A stretch of DNA of 63,888 bases, counting the filler, from Octopus bimaculoides (taxonomy: Eukaryota), in the NCBI RefSeq assembly GCF_001194135.2. It is 6 parts of 6 records of this genome, joined end to end, with 100 filler letters (N's around TTAATTAATTAA, not from the genome) between each part and the next. Parts side by side here need not be neighbours in the genome. Positions count along the whole stretch, not along the records: positions 1 to 24,107 come from NC_068985.1; 5 more parts are not named here. One strand, 5' to 3'. The translations under genes were made by a program, and so were the position numbers. The notes under the pieces are model-generated. The model searched no databases and had not been told where the DNA came from. It saw only the letters and a program-made list of their open reading frames with translations. Numbering within the stretch: the first letter of the stretch is position 1; the number at the start of each line of letters is the position of its first letter. Below are positions 1 through 12,288 of the stretch, in pieces.

Positions 1-254
1 GGTTGCTTTGGCACATTTTTCTAATCCGAATTTCATTTCTATTTCCTTGGTAAAGCCGTGTACTGTCTGTAGTAGTGTTTCTAGCTCTTTGTCGTTTTTT
101 GCATATAATTTTAGGTCATCCATATATAGAAGGTGGCTGACTGTTTTTCCATAGCATTTGTAACCGCATCCAGTTCTATTTAGCAATTCTGTTAGAGGTG
201 TGAGTGCCAGGCAGAACAGGAGTGGAGAGAGCGTGTCTCCCTGGAATATTCCTC
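1..254 (-). mobile_element. R4/Dong-type (RLE non-LTR) reverse transcriptase fragment, 5'-truncated, runs off window start
   Basis: Frame 252->1 is open for 84 codons: GIFQGDTLSPLLFCLAL...VSHLLYMDDLKLYAKNDKEL...MKFGLEKCAK (RT motifs QGD.LSP and YMDD). The 5' break abuts (TAA)n. Confidence 0.9.
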
Positions 255-315
<61 letters not shown>

Positions 316-329
316 CATCATCATCATCA
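255..329. repeat. (TTA)n(TCA)n compound microsatellite
   Basis: Read directly; adjoins the Dong-like fragment. Confidence 0.97.
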
Positions 330-474
330 AGACCGGAATCTGGCAGAATTATTACACTTCCAAACACACACGTAGCAGTATTACTTCCGGCTTTACGTTC
401 CGAGTTCGAATGCAAGGTTATGATCACTTCTTAAAACATTGTTTTCCAGGTGGGCCTTGACAAAGAAGAAACAC

Positions 475-580
475 CCCCACCCCCACCACCAACACCATCA
501 CCACCACTACTACCACTGCCACCACCACTACCACTACCACCAACACCGCTGCCACCACCACTGCTGCCACAGCCACGACG
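475..580. repeat. Degenerate (CAC/CTA) triplet repeat
   Basis: CCA/CTA-based mosaic; explains the His-rich ORF 439-624. Confidence 0.85.
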
Positions 581-729
581 ATAATATTAAACATTTAATT
601 GAATGGGGAACTATTTACCCGTGAAACAACCTACATAGAATTGACTTATACTGAGAGAAATCTATTAAGTTAAACTGTGTCCTTGCATCAGGATCTGATC
701 CGAGAAAGGACTAAGAGAAAACCATCTTG

Positions 730-1400
730 TATATGCCTGAAGAAGGAGGGCAACACTTTCCCATTGTTGTCGAAACAGATGTTAGAAGATTCACTGCAAG
801 AAATTTCCGTCAACACGACGGAGATTAATGAGATGTTCTACTACACTTTCAACAACGCGTATTCCGCAAAAATTAAAGACTGAAGTAATTAAATATGTTC
901 CGGTTCATACAATCGTACTCGACTATATTATGAAGAGAAATACAAGGGCGACAAAAATGCTATGGAAATGAAGACTATTCGTCCTTGGTTTTCAGTTATT
1001 TTTATGTCGCAATACATGCAGGTGTTTATAGCAGGAATGACAAAATCAGAAATGGGGGCTCAGGGTGAATCAAAATGAAGTCCTATATGTCTATATAACT
1101 ACTTAATTCACCTAGGGCTCTGTATAAAGCGAAACTACACGTGTTAGCAAGAAACATTTGAGGGCCTTTTGGTCCTACAGACCTGGAGAATTGGAGAGGG
1201 AACGTGAAAGAAACAGCGGTGGCCAGCTGAGGTAGCAACAAGAGCAGCATCCCAAGTTTGCAGAGTACCACCAGTCACACTTTTCAATATAGTGGACGAT
1301 GCCACTTCGTGCTCAGTCCTGGAGACAAGCAAACAGAATATCTCAAACCATAAATGTGGGAACATGCTGCAGTAATTCATCCTCATGTAAAAATATTTCT
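730..1400 (+). mobile_element. Possible highly decayed Penelope-like element (hammerhead-like core plus GIY-YIG-like remnants)
   Basis: CTGAAGA(737)...GGCAACA/TGTTGTC stem...GAAACAGATGT(783). Frameshifted pieces YTC..F.G...RI.E and AEY..H.F.IVD resemble a PLE endonuclease. Weak. Confidence 0.25.
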
Positions 1401-2099
1401 CCGAAAATAATCGTATAATTAACGTAGAGTTGGTCGACAAATTTAGATCCTCGAACCTTCTAATTGATAGAATCACATATCTTGTATTTCGCAGATATTT
1501 CGGTAAGTAAAAGCGACTCAAGCGTAGTTAATGACAGAATATAGATGAGACGTAAAGGACAGGTTGTTAGGAAGTCATAAAATCTTTAATACAAGGAAAT
1601 GAAACAAGCAATTCCTAAAGACAAAGATTATTATGAAATTCTCAACTTTGTATTAAATTTTGGCACAATGCTAGGTATTTTGGGGTTGATGGTTAATACA
1701 TAGGCACTACTGCATTGTTCGTTGTGCCATGACAAAGATATTCAAGATCTGTTTATAGACTCTGTCTATAAAGCAGCAGTTGATTTGCTTTTCGTCAGAA
1801 TAAGTGCTAGCATTGCATAATCACAGTACCAATAACGATGGGACGTATCATCATTGCAGCCTCGTTGGCTGCTATTAGCGGACACTGGAAATAAGTCATT
1901 ATGAATCGCCACAGGGATTGCTCCATTTTACAAAACATCATCCTCGAAAAGTATGTTTGCTCATTCACATTAGATTCCTGGATCTCATACACACATTTAT
2001 ATCAACAGACGACCATACTGTTTTCATTCATGCACATGCAAAGTTGTTGCAAATTATATATATATATACAAAAACGGATAAAAACTCACCCACACATGT

Positions 2100-2251
<152 letters not shown>

Positions 2252-4141
2252 GCGTTGATTGTGTGTGTGTGTGTGTTATGAAAATATGAATATGCATACA
2301 TATACATACATATAGAAAAAAGGAGAGTGAAACGGAGAGATTATGAATACAAGACTAGAACATTGTCTTTTATTAAATCATGTTTGCTAATAATTTAAAA
2401 TAAAATAGAAATATATTCAAATCTTTTTAAGCAGAAACATACGCAGACAATTAGGCTTACTTTGTTCTAAAACAATGTTTATCCTCTACATTTACTGCCA
2501 CAATAGTATTCAGCACGAGAACAAATGTTTCTATGAAGCTCCAATGAACTGATTTGGTGTACCTAACTAAGAGGCGAAATTAAGTTGAAATCAAGTCGAA
2601 GTCAAGCCGGTGTTGCCCGCTGACGTAATTCAAAATGTCTCTATGGATAAACTGTTCTCCGAGAGGAAAATCCCAGTATTCTTGTAGGGTTGTCTCATGT
2701 TGATAAACGTCCATGCATACAACAAATACATAGTTATATATATTACCCCTTTCCAGAAATCCAGTCTTACCGATATTGATCTATGAATTGGCTACAAAAC
2801 ATTACAGTACTGCTCACACAGTAGCGTATCCGTGAAACTGCTTCACTATTTAATTTATTGAAATCGAGTAATATATTCAGAGAAATGTTTAAAAATAGGA
2901 AATCAAATGCACAGGAAATTGACAAATGCTCAGAGTTTTTATATGACCAAATAAAATTTGTTGAATTTATAGCTTTTCCAGTAATAATATCACTATTACA
3001 GAAGTTAAAGTAACTATAAGTGGCATTAACGTAAATGTAAGCACATTATTTAAAAATTTTAGTCATAATTCTTTTTTAATATTTGAAATAACCCAGAAAT
3101 ACTTAAATCGAAGTAATCAAGAAAGAATTAAAAAAGGAATAATTAGATGAAGATTACATGTATGCAAAGTTATAGACTTATATAATAAATTTTCATATTA
3201 ACTTTGCACATAATGTTACAATGAATGCAAAAGATAAAAGAAAGTATAATATATGCCAATTATCTAGATGACTTCACAAACATAGAGCTCAGTATATTAG
3301 CGTTAGTGCTTTGTAACTGGTGCAAAACGGTAGAATGACAACCAGTGAACTAAGGCGTCAGCTTCAGAGACTTAAGCATATTGGGAAACTGTTATCAATA
3401 TGTAGTCTACCTGGAGCCATTTACTTGTTGATCATACGAGTTACAGACAGTAGTTTATCGTATTTATGAAATCGGATCATGCATAATTTTGATTGCTTAA
3501 ACAATCAATAGAATTCTGTCGTTAATTTATGATTCTACCGATGCTGATTTTACTCTCAACTCTTCAATCTATTCCGGTTAATGTCAATCTGCGACAGTTT
3601 TCTATCAGCTTTCAGCTCATATATCGAATACGTCTGCACTGTTTATATGATTGATTTTTTGTCAGCCCCTAATGGACTATTTTCATAGCTACATCTGAAC
3701 GTTTGTATACACTTGCAATTGCACTCTTTTGCTTGTCAAACTATTTTGCGAATGTATCAGTTACACAGAGATAAAACAAATCATAAATTAGTGTGTTAGC
3801 AAAAAAAGAAAACATACATAAACACAAAAAGTTATTTTCTCAATCTAATAAATATCAAGAGTGAATGTCTGATCAATAGAGACGTTTCCCCTTCAGCAGC
3901 TTGTAATGAAAATAAGATATATCAACTGATAACATTCATGGCAAAACAAAATAATTTATGACTATGGTCATTTTAACTAATAATGTCCGGTCAGTATTTA
4001 GCGGCACCATGTTATATTTATAGTGTCGGCTTTAATATCCTTACAGATGATATCTAACATTTAACGGACGGGTTTAATGTATCAAATGTATCAATCACAA
4101 CAAATGGTGATGTCATATATCTTGCACAACGTTTATAATAT

Positions 4142-4285
4142 TTATTTCTTTATTGCCCACAGGAGGATAAACATAGAGGGGACAAACAAAGACAGCCAAA
4201 GGGATTAAGTCGATTACATCGACCCCAGTGAATAACTGGTACTTATTTAATTGACCTCGAAAGGATGAAAGGCAAAGTCGACCTT
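4142..4285 (-). mobile_element. SINE-A1, 3' half
   Basis: Reverse complement of the core TTTGCCTTTCATCCTTTCG..GTCGATGTAATCGACTT plus tail ..GTGGGCAATAAAGAAATAA shared with 35664-35896. Confidence 0.9.
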
Positions 4286-4419
4286 CACACACGAAAATTA
4301 CTTAGACAAACACCAAAATCCTAAGATATACCTTCAATTAATCTATTATAACATATTCAGATTTTTTTGTGTTTGTCTCCTTACACTTTTCCATAGCTAA
4401 ATGTCCACAGTTTTTTCTA

Positions 4420-5914
4420 GTAGATAAGTTGCATAGTCAGGGATCTGGCTACTGGAAACTCAATACGTCCCTTTTGGCGATTGAGGACTAGAGAAATTAG
4501 ATCGAGATGTTAATACAGAGGGCATTAATAGGTACCATCATTAATAACAAATGGTGGTGCGCCCTAAAAAGAGCCATCAAATACGAGTCTATTAAGTTTA
4601 GCATAAGTTTAGCTATAAAGGGACCTAAAATAGGAGATAGTCTAGTTAAGGAACTAGAAGAAGCCTGGAGGACTGGTAATGCGGACCAAGCGAGGGTGAA
4701 AAGACGGGAGTTAAACCAGCATCTTGAAGCCCAACACTTAGGAAGTATTGCCAGAGCTAAGTTACGTCCGATGGGAAGTGAAGGAATCAAGGCCGCTGGA
4801 TGGGGCCGAGTGGTAGAAGCTCGGCAAGGAAATAGTTCCACTATTCGATTGTTGACGAATCAAAATGGTGTCTTGGTAAACGAACCCGAGAAAATGTGCG
4901 AGGCCTTTCGGGAGTACTTCGCCCAGCTGTTCGGGGGTGACGGCTGTCCTGGTGGTGGGAGAGACCTCGACGCTTTTCTTACCGGGCTGCCGTGTCGCTC
5001 GGGGTCGGATGCGGAGTCTTGCGAAGGGCCAATCACGCTTGGGGAGGTGATGGAGGCTTTGGCCTACTGTAAAGCGGGTAAGTCGCCGGGACTTGATGTC
5101 CTTCCGTACGAGCTGTATAAATGTATGCCAAACTTGTTCATGCAGCTACTGTCTGACGTTTACGCGAACTGGCAACATAATGGATTTATCCCCAGATCTG
5201 TGCTCCGGGGAAAAGTGACGTTGGTCAGAAAGGACCTGGACAAGGAGGACGTAATAGAGAATTTCAGGTCCATCACTCTGTTAAACGCAGAAGTGAATAT
5301 TTTGGCCAAGGTCTTAGCGAAAAGGTTGGCGCGTGTCGTGAATGGTATAGTCGGGGAGGCACAGACATGTGCCATCCCAGGAAGAATTATTCAGTATACC
5401 CTCCATCTTATTCGCTATACCACCTGGAGTTTTAAGAAACGAAAGTAAGAATTATTTTCTCACGGTTGTAGCAATAGCGAAAGAGGCAGTATGGAAGACT
5501 CGGGTAAAAAGAATTAAGACAGGCAACTTTATCTCTGGCCACAAATTACGATCATTTTCTACTTTTCATTTAAAAAGGAAGGTGTGGCTGGAGAAGAGAT
5601 GTCTGTCGGAGTGTACGTTCCAAAAGAGATGGAAGCATGTTGCACAAGTACTGTGCATGAAAGGAACCGTGTGAATAGACGGAAAAAAGGAACAAAAAAA
5701 TGTACCAGCGATAGATCGGTGTTTGTGGGGTCGGAGCGTGGCCTAATCATCGCTTCATTTATATTGTCCCTGCATTGTTAATTTCATTCGATTTTTTTAA
5801 TATATTCTATTTAATTTTTGAAAGTCACGTTTTATGTAAAATCATACCGATTTACTGATTCCATCAGTTGTTCTGTCCATTTCTATGTTTGGTCCCCAGT
5901 AGGCAATAAAAAAA
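4420..5914 (+). mobile_element. Tx1/L1-like non-LTR retrotransposon ORF2 remnant, 5'-truncated and internally deleted, with 3' UTR
   Basis: GSGYWKLNTSLL, FREYFAQLF, KSPGLDVLPYELY, NFRSITLLNAEVNILAKVLAKRL, QTCAIPGR.IQ. At ~5421 it jumps to the C-terminal AKEAVWKTR..F.KRW, so the RT catalytic core is missing. Ends GGCAATAAAAAAA. Confidence 0.9.
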
Positions 5915-6083
5915 TTGGTATTTCGTCTGTCTTTACGTTCTGAGTTCGAATTTCGCCGAGGTTGATTTTGCCTTTCATCCTTACGGGTCGATAAATTAAG
6001 TACCATCTGCATACTGGGGTCGATCTAATCGACTGGTCCCCTCCCCCAAAATTTCGGGCCTTGTGCCTAGAGTAGAAAAGAAT
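5915..6083 (+). mobile_element. SINE-A2, 5'-truncated
   Basis: B-box GAGTTCGAATTTC, SINE-A core, A2 tail CCCCCAAAATTTCGGGCCTTGTGCCTAGAGTAGAAAAGAAT. Confidence 0.9.
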
Positions 6084-7519
6084 TTTAATTCCCAACATAA
6101 ATGTGTCATTTACTTTGATTCACAACACACATTATTCTGAAGACAGAAGCATATAACTTTATATCGCCTTTCTAATATCTTATTGTAAGGATTCGGCAAA
6201 GTCATTGGATGACGACAACAGCAGACCACATTTTCATTACACATAAATAATACCTATTTAATAGTTGGACATTTATTGTGAAGTAAAATTATCACATTAA
6301 GCAAATACCTTAGCATGAAAGATTTATTAGAAGAAAATACAGACTTAACGCTCTATAAATCAATTATTTGCATGGATATTCGAGAAATTATTGAAATCTA
6401 AGAAAAACAGTTTAACAGTCTGTCTTTCGTTACACGCAAAGCTCAAACAAACTCGTAGAAAAGGAAGATGGAAGTGACAAATAGGAAGCAAGTTGTTCGT
6501 TATCAGTCCGCCTTCTTACTATTTTTTCAAATGTAATTGTTCATGTGTGACTTTTCAATGTATACAATTTCTAGTAAAGTACGAGTTACAGATCTCTCCT
6601 ATATATCGTATACATCTATAACTAAATTTCAACTTACTACGCATCAATTTTTAGTTATCAAAGTTAGATTAAAGCGAGGAAAGTAGAGCCATATATAAAT
6701 GACTTGCAGTAGGCCACTTTATGTTTGAGTTCAAATGCCGACAGGGAAGACTTCGTCTAATATATGTATATATATATATATATATATATCAGTATTCCAC
6801 CGGAAATGATGGATTCTACGAAACCCATCCCATATACATTTGTACTCATGTGACAATTTGTTAAACCAACATTCATGGAAGATGGTGCAATAGAAACTGT
6901 GGTTTTTAGCTCTTCACCGTATTTGTTTTCAATCTTCTCCGAACTGGGTTCATAATAACGAAATAATTATCATCTGAAATCAATAAAGTAAATAATCTAT
7001 ACATACAGCAGTCAGTTCAAAGAAATTACATTATTCCATCGAAAAATGGTACCCTTGTCAAGTGAGAGGAATTAATTAGCATTGTGTGTCTGTTGCTGAC
7101 AGGCTAAAAGCTATTTAGAAAAAGTGAATGGTGATGGCTTAGTGAATGAAGAGTTCAATTCGATATCCCGTAGTTCAGTTTTTAACCTCGGAATAATGAG
7201 TAAAATGCACAGATCATTACCCACGGCTAGGCAATGTATTGTGGCACGAATATGACTGCTCCCAACTGTCCAGAAATCCGAGGGATATATATATATAAAA
7301 TTACCTAAAATAAATTGAAAATAAAATCTTGGATGTAAATACTCAAGTCCAATATTCTCAAGCGAATTGAATTTGTATAATATCTTTAATATATGCTATA
7401 TATATGTATATATATATATATACTTTGGAGTAGCGAATAGTAACCGGAAACGTTCTCTGTGGGACATTATATATTTATATATATTATAATTATATATATA
7501 ACTAAGACAAATAACGGAG

Positions 7520-7770
7520 ACCAACGGAGTAACAAAGACGTATATCAGAATGGCGGGCAACTCGTTCAAGTAAAAATAGACACAACTGGCCCCATTCAGG
7601 GACAAAAATAAAAGACACGCAACATCCCTATTCAGTATGCTATGGACATTCAAAAAAGGAGCAGTAAGCCACCCTCAGATAACATGGAGCATTATTGCTA
7701 AATCAGAAAATACAGGGGATGGGGTACCAAATATGAGCTCTGTATCACTGAAAAACTAAATATCATACCG
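7520..7770 (+). mobile_element. Penelope-like GIY-YIG endonuclease remnant
   Basis: TKTYI.MA.NSFK...FRDKNKRHATSL..LW...ITWSIIAKS...ELCITEKLNII, with stops and frameshifts. Confidence 0.75.
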
Positions 7771-8260
7771 ATAACATTTTAAATATTAGGGATGAAACCT
7801 TCCCTCCCTGCATATACAAGCAATATTTTACGCTCCGACAATTTACAGAAGAATATCCACCCACTCCTTCCACTGTGCCAACCTCACCAGGATAGTTTCT
7901 TTCTCTGAACGTGAACATTGAATATACATAAAAAACGATCCTCATACATAGAAGATACATATCCCACTGATGAACTACTTCAGCACACATACACACGAAC
8001 ATCACATGTACTCAGTCTATAACATGCAAAAATGCAAACATGTTAATCGTCCAACAAGGTTTTTTCTCAAAAGTCAAATCCAGTGGAGATAATAACTCAA
8101 CGATGTCATCTAAGAGTAGCGGCCCTAGGTTTCATGTTTTCTTTACGAGATATTTTTTTGTGAATTCCCGATACTCTTCGTGTTTTCATTCAAAATGAAG
8201 ACGAATACCATGTGATCAGCTTGAAAAATTGTTAAGATATTAAGATATTTGTCTTAATAC

Positions 8261-8352
<92 letters not shown>

Positions 8353-8784
8353 ATATATAGTTATGAATTGCTTGTTGGAACACCGTATTTCGTTTTGTAA
8401 CGATAATATAGTACTCAATATATTAAAGGTTTATAAGTCAATATTACGTCCTACGTTTTGTGCTAGCAGTGCGATGCAATCACTGCTAAGTTATCTCTAC
8501 AGATTTTCTATAGAATTTAGAGCCAGCACTGAACGTAACAACGTTTCGTATATCATGTTTGCAAAATGCAATACGGTGTCCCCACCAGCAATTAATGTGT
8601 TACGTACCTGGTGCCAGGTATGTGCTTAATATGTAAATTGCATTATGCCGTTAAACTTCATGGCTATTCAAGCAATGTCTTCTTGGATGATTAATGGGTT
8701 GGGTGTGGTGCTGAAGAAGCAATAACTCTTGAAATATGTACATAGATCCATTACCTAGTATTCTATCTTCGATCGCATTGGTTA

Positions 8785-8831
<47 letters not shown>

Positions 8832-8832
8832 T

Positions 8833-8870
<38 letters not shown>

Positions 8871-9493
8871 CATAAAGTCGTTAATGTTATTTTTAATTGA
8901 TTTAGAAATTAATGAGAGATAAATGATCTAATTTGCAAACACTGATGAGACGTAACAATATCTCATGATAATTATTAAGCCAGTTACCAAGAGAAAGCAC
9001 GTAGAATATTTACTGATGAATATGCAGCATAACTTCCAGTTTGATAAGACATTTAATAGAATGACAGAATGAGCAAAGTAAGATGTATTCCCTCAAGTTT
9101 TCGAGGATTCTTATATCGATTTGTAAGTCCGAAATGAATATTGGTTAAAATGGTGTACAGCGTTGAAAGCATAATCGGTTTAACAACTAACTCAGTTAAT
9201 CTAACACTAAATATGTACCTACATGATCAGTATCTACACGAATATTCTGTGATGTTGAAGCAAATAGTAAATGCAAATAGTGCAAATTTGAAGCAAATAG
9301 CAAATATGATTATAGTAAACATGTGAAATATATATTACTGACTTCATGTCTTTTCAGACATTCATTAAAACATTAAGAGATCCGAGATTTAGATATAATA
9401 ATTGTTCGATATTTTGAACATGAATTTTAGTATAAGTGAATATTTTTTGTCTGAGGAAAAGCAGCATACATATATACGCATATATCTTATTTA

Positions 9494-9680
9494 TGAGGGG
9501 GTGATGAAAAGTTCCTGGCTGTAAGGTTATCGCAAAAGGCCTGTTTCGAGGCACAACCTTCCAAGTTATTTTACAAGGCTTAGAAAAAATGCAGGACCGC
9601 TGCAATAAGTATGACGAATAAAATGGTAATTAACTGATCTCCCTTTTACCCACAGCCAGGAACTTTTCAACACTCCTTCG
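9494..9680 (+). mobile_element. Mariner-derived MITE (187 bp)
   Basis: 29-bp TIRs (9494-9522 / 9652-9680, 4 mismatches), TA on both sides, internal GLEKMQDRCNK resembling a mariner C-terminus. Confidence 0.85.
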
Positions 9681-10789
9681 TAAAGGATGATATATATATC
9701 AATTGAATTTGAAATTTTCTAATGGAATATGAATATCATTAGGCTAATAATTCTTATGACTAACATGTATATAGAACAAGGTTGGCATTTAAAAATATAT
9801 GATCTAACCTAGTGAATTTGTTAAAATATTCAATAACAAGGCAAAATATTTTTGTTTAATTTGAAATACACTTCAAATGCAATTACCTTTAATCGCTGAT
9901 AAACTAATTTATGATGGTATAGTAACAATCTATTTATTTGTACCAAACCGACTTCGTATGAGATAAAGGTTAAATCATAAAATTACATCAACTTTCGAGG
10001 TCATATTGCACAAGAAGAATACAGACACACGTATTTATTTGCACATATAAACACGTAAATAGCAACAATGTAATTGCTGTGTTTACTAAATTTTTCTTGA
10101 GTTCACTGAATCAACGATAAAACATAATGTAAAGTAAATTGCAAAAGAAAAACACAACAAAATGGGATAACAATGAACAGGTCTTCATGAAAGTGTATTT
10201 ATTGATTTCTTCAAAATTATGTCCCGAAATATATAATAATTGTATAAACAGTCGCTTATTGTGTTATTCAGTAATTTTCCAAACGGAGATTGAGTAATAT
10301 TGGTGTGCATACATACACCACTATGTATTTAGCTACATAAATATAGGGAAATCGATAAAATTATAAACATTTCCTCAACGTCAACTATTTAAACTTTCCT
10401 ATCTGCAAAACATCAAAGTACAAACATGTCTTTTGCAAACAGTGTTTTATGGTGGGTCATGTTATGATGGCGTTGCATGAATGTCAGAATCGGTGAGGTG
10501 CGTAACAATCACGTGGAGGGTTGTGAATTAGTGTTTCATCAATAATGCTGTAACTCATCATGAATAATGAATTCATATTACTTTGTGTCTGTGTGCCTCG
10601 AAAAGGGTATCGATAATTAAATTCAAGGAGATTGCTGGTGAAGTCATGGGAGGCAATAATGACTATCCAAGCATGACAGAAAGATTTGGTGTTTACTAAT
10701 CAAGTGGCATACTTAACTTGTAGTATTTAATCACAACCTTTTACACACCATGATTAGATCCGTAACTGATTACTCCTACTGTTACAGTT

Positions 10790-11360
10790 GCAACCTCCCC
10801 TCCTGCACGTCCTCCTCCTCCTTCTGCACCGCCTCTTTCTGCACCTCCTCCTTCTGCTCCTCCTCCTTCTGCTCCTGCTCTTGCTCCTGCTCCTCCTGCT
10901 CCTCCTTCTGCTCCTCCTTCTGCTCCTCCTCCTGCTCCTGCTGCTCCTGCTGCTCCTTCTACTTCTCCTCCTTCTGCTCCTCCTTCTGCTCCTCCTCCTC
11001 CTGCTCCTCCTTCTTCTCCTCCTCCTTCTTCTCCTCCTCCTTCTACTTCTCCTCCTCGTACTTCTCCTCCTCCTTCTTCTCCTCCTCCTCCTTCTCCTCC
11101 TCCTTCTTCTCCTCCTCCTCCTTCTCCTCCTCCTCCTCCTTCTCCTCCTCCTCCTTCTTCTCCTCCTTCTCCTCCTCCTCCTCCTCCTCCTCCTTCTTCT
11201 TCTTCTTCTTCTTCTTCTTCTTCTCCTCCTTCTTCTTCTTCTTCTTCTTCTTCTTCTTCTCCTCCTCCCCCTCCTCCTCCTCCCATCTCTCCGTCTTCTT
11301 CTTCTTCTTCTTCTTCTTCTTCTTCTTCTTCTTCTTCTTCTTCTTCTTCTTCTTCTATTC
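10790..11360. repeat. Mosaic (CCT/GCT/CTT)n triplet array, almost pure pyrimidine on + strand
   Basis: Graded from CCTCCTTCTGCT units to CCT/TCT to (CTT)n. Confidence 0.95.
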
Positions 11361-11929
11361 TTCTATTTCCCTCGAGTTCTTCTTCACCCCTGTATTCCAA
11401 GTGTTACAGGATTTTTCTCAGAATTCAACGTTTCATAGTCGGTTCCCTTTATTCAACAGAGGCATCACATCTCTGCAGCATTGATTAATGTGTTTGTTGT
11501 TTCATAATCTACCTTACACCCACGGCCCAGAAGGACTCGTTTTCTGTCATATATTTGCCAGTATCTGTTCGATTGCATAGAAAGAAGAATTTAAGGTCGC
11601 GTCAATTTGATATATACCAATTATATACTAAAATAATCCTCAATTATTCCCATTAACCTTAACATTGCTCTCAGTAAAATGCCCATGGTTTTTATATGTA
11701 CTTCGTAAATTGCATCTAATAGACAGTAGTTCTTGGTATGTCCGTAGGCTAATGAGCTGAACGGAGGATTGAACCAAATTAATTTTTCCTAATACCTTTT
11801 CAAAGAGGTAGGTGAATCCTTTGTGTACATTTCTAAACAAAATCGTGATGTAATGGAGTGCAACTCCATTTAATATATTTCTATTTGAGGATAAACTAAC
11901 CGGCTATTAAATTTCAAATAGCTAGTGCG

Positions 11930-12288
11930 TATGCTGGAATGGCTATTATTTGCAATTCCAACGTACACAAGGACACAAACATGTGCGACCCTGCAGAATT
12001 AAAGAGACATATACAACATTTCGTCCACCGCATGCAGTTCTCAGGTTACAGCCATAAAGAAAGGATCAGAGTATACAAAGGAGCTATGAAGAAGTTTGAA
12101 ACAATCAAACGCAACGATAGGAATGGGATTTGCCCACTCTATAGGAGCAAATCATGGAACACCATAGAAAGGACTAAGAAGAAAATAGGGAAGGCAAGCT
12201 CATGGTACGATAGCCACAAGTACCAGAGCGTCATGTTCGTCGACACCACCCCTAGAGGCGAACTGGCGTACCGCTTTAGAAGGGCCCT
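11930..12288 (+). mobile_element. Penelope-like element RT C-terminal/linker fragment, runs into gap
   Basis: HFVHRMQFSGYSHKERIRV...GICPLYRSKSWN..ER.KK...WY....SVMFVDTTPRGEL matches the PLE thumb/linker pattern (recalled); no stops. Confidence 0.7.

Noticed and set aside
1183-1318. Methyltransferase-like TWDAAL (EEF2KMT/FAM86-like) on minus strand
   Set aside because: Similarity stops after the motif, the donor is weak, and the opposite strand fits a decayed PLE equally well.
8463-8620. Short palindromes TAGCAGTG/CACTGCTA and TACCTGG/CCAGGTA
   Set aside because: 7-8 bp stems are near chance expectation; no element boundaries.
8711-8750. Other CTGANGA..GAAA cores (8712, 27664, 38515, 47500 minus)
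   Set aside because: Incomplete stems; several such cores are expected by chance in AT-rich DNA and no second copy supports them.
10741-11484. Glu/Gly-rich 219-aa and Ser/Leu-rich ORFs
   Set aside because: Translation of a triplet repeat is open in several frames; no unique coding flank or convincing splice context.
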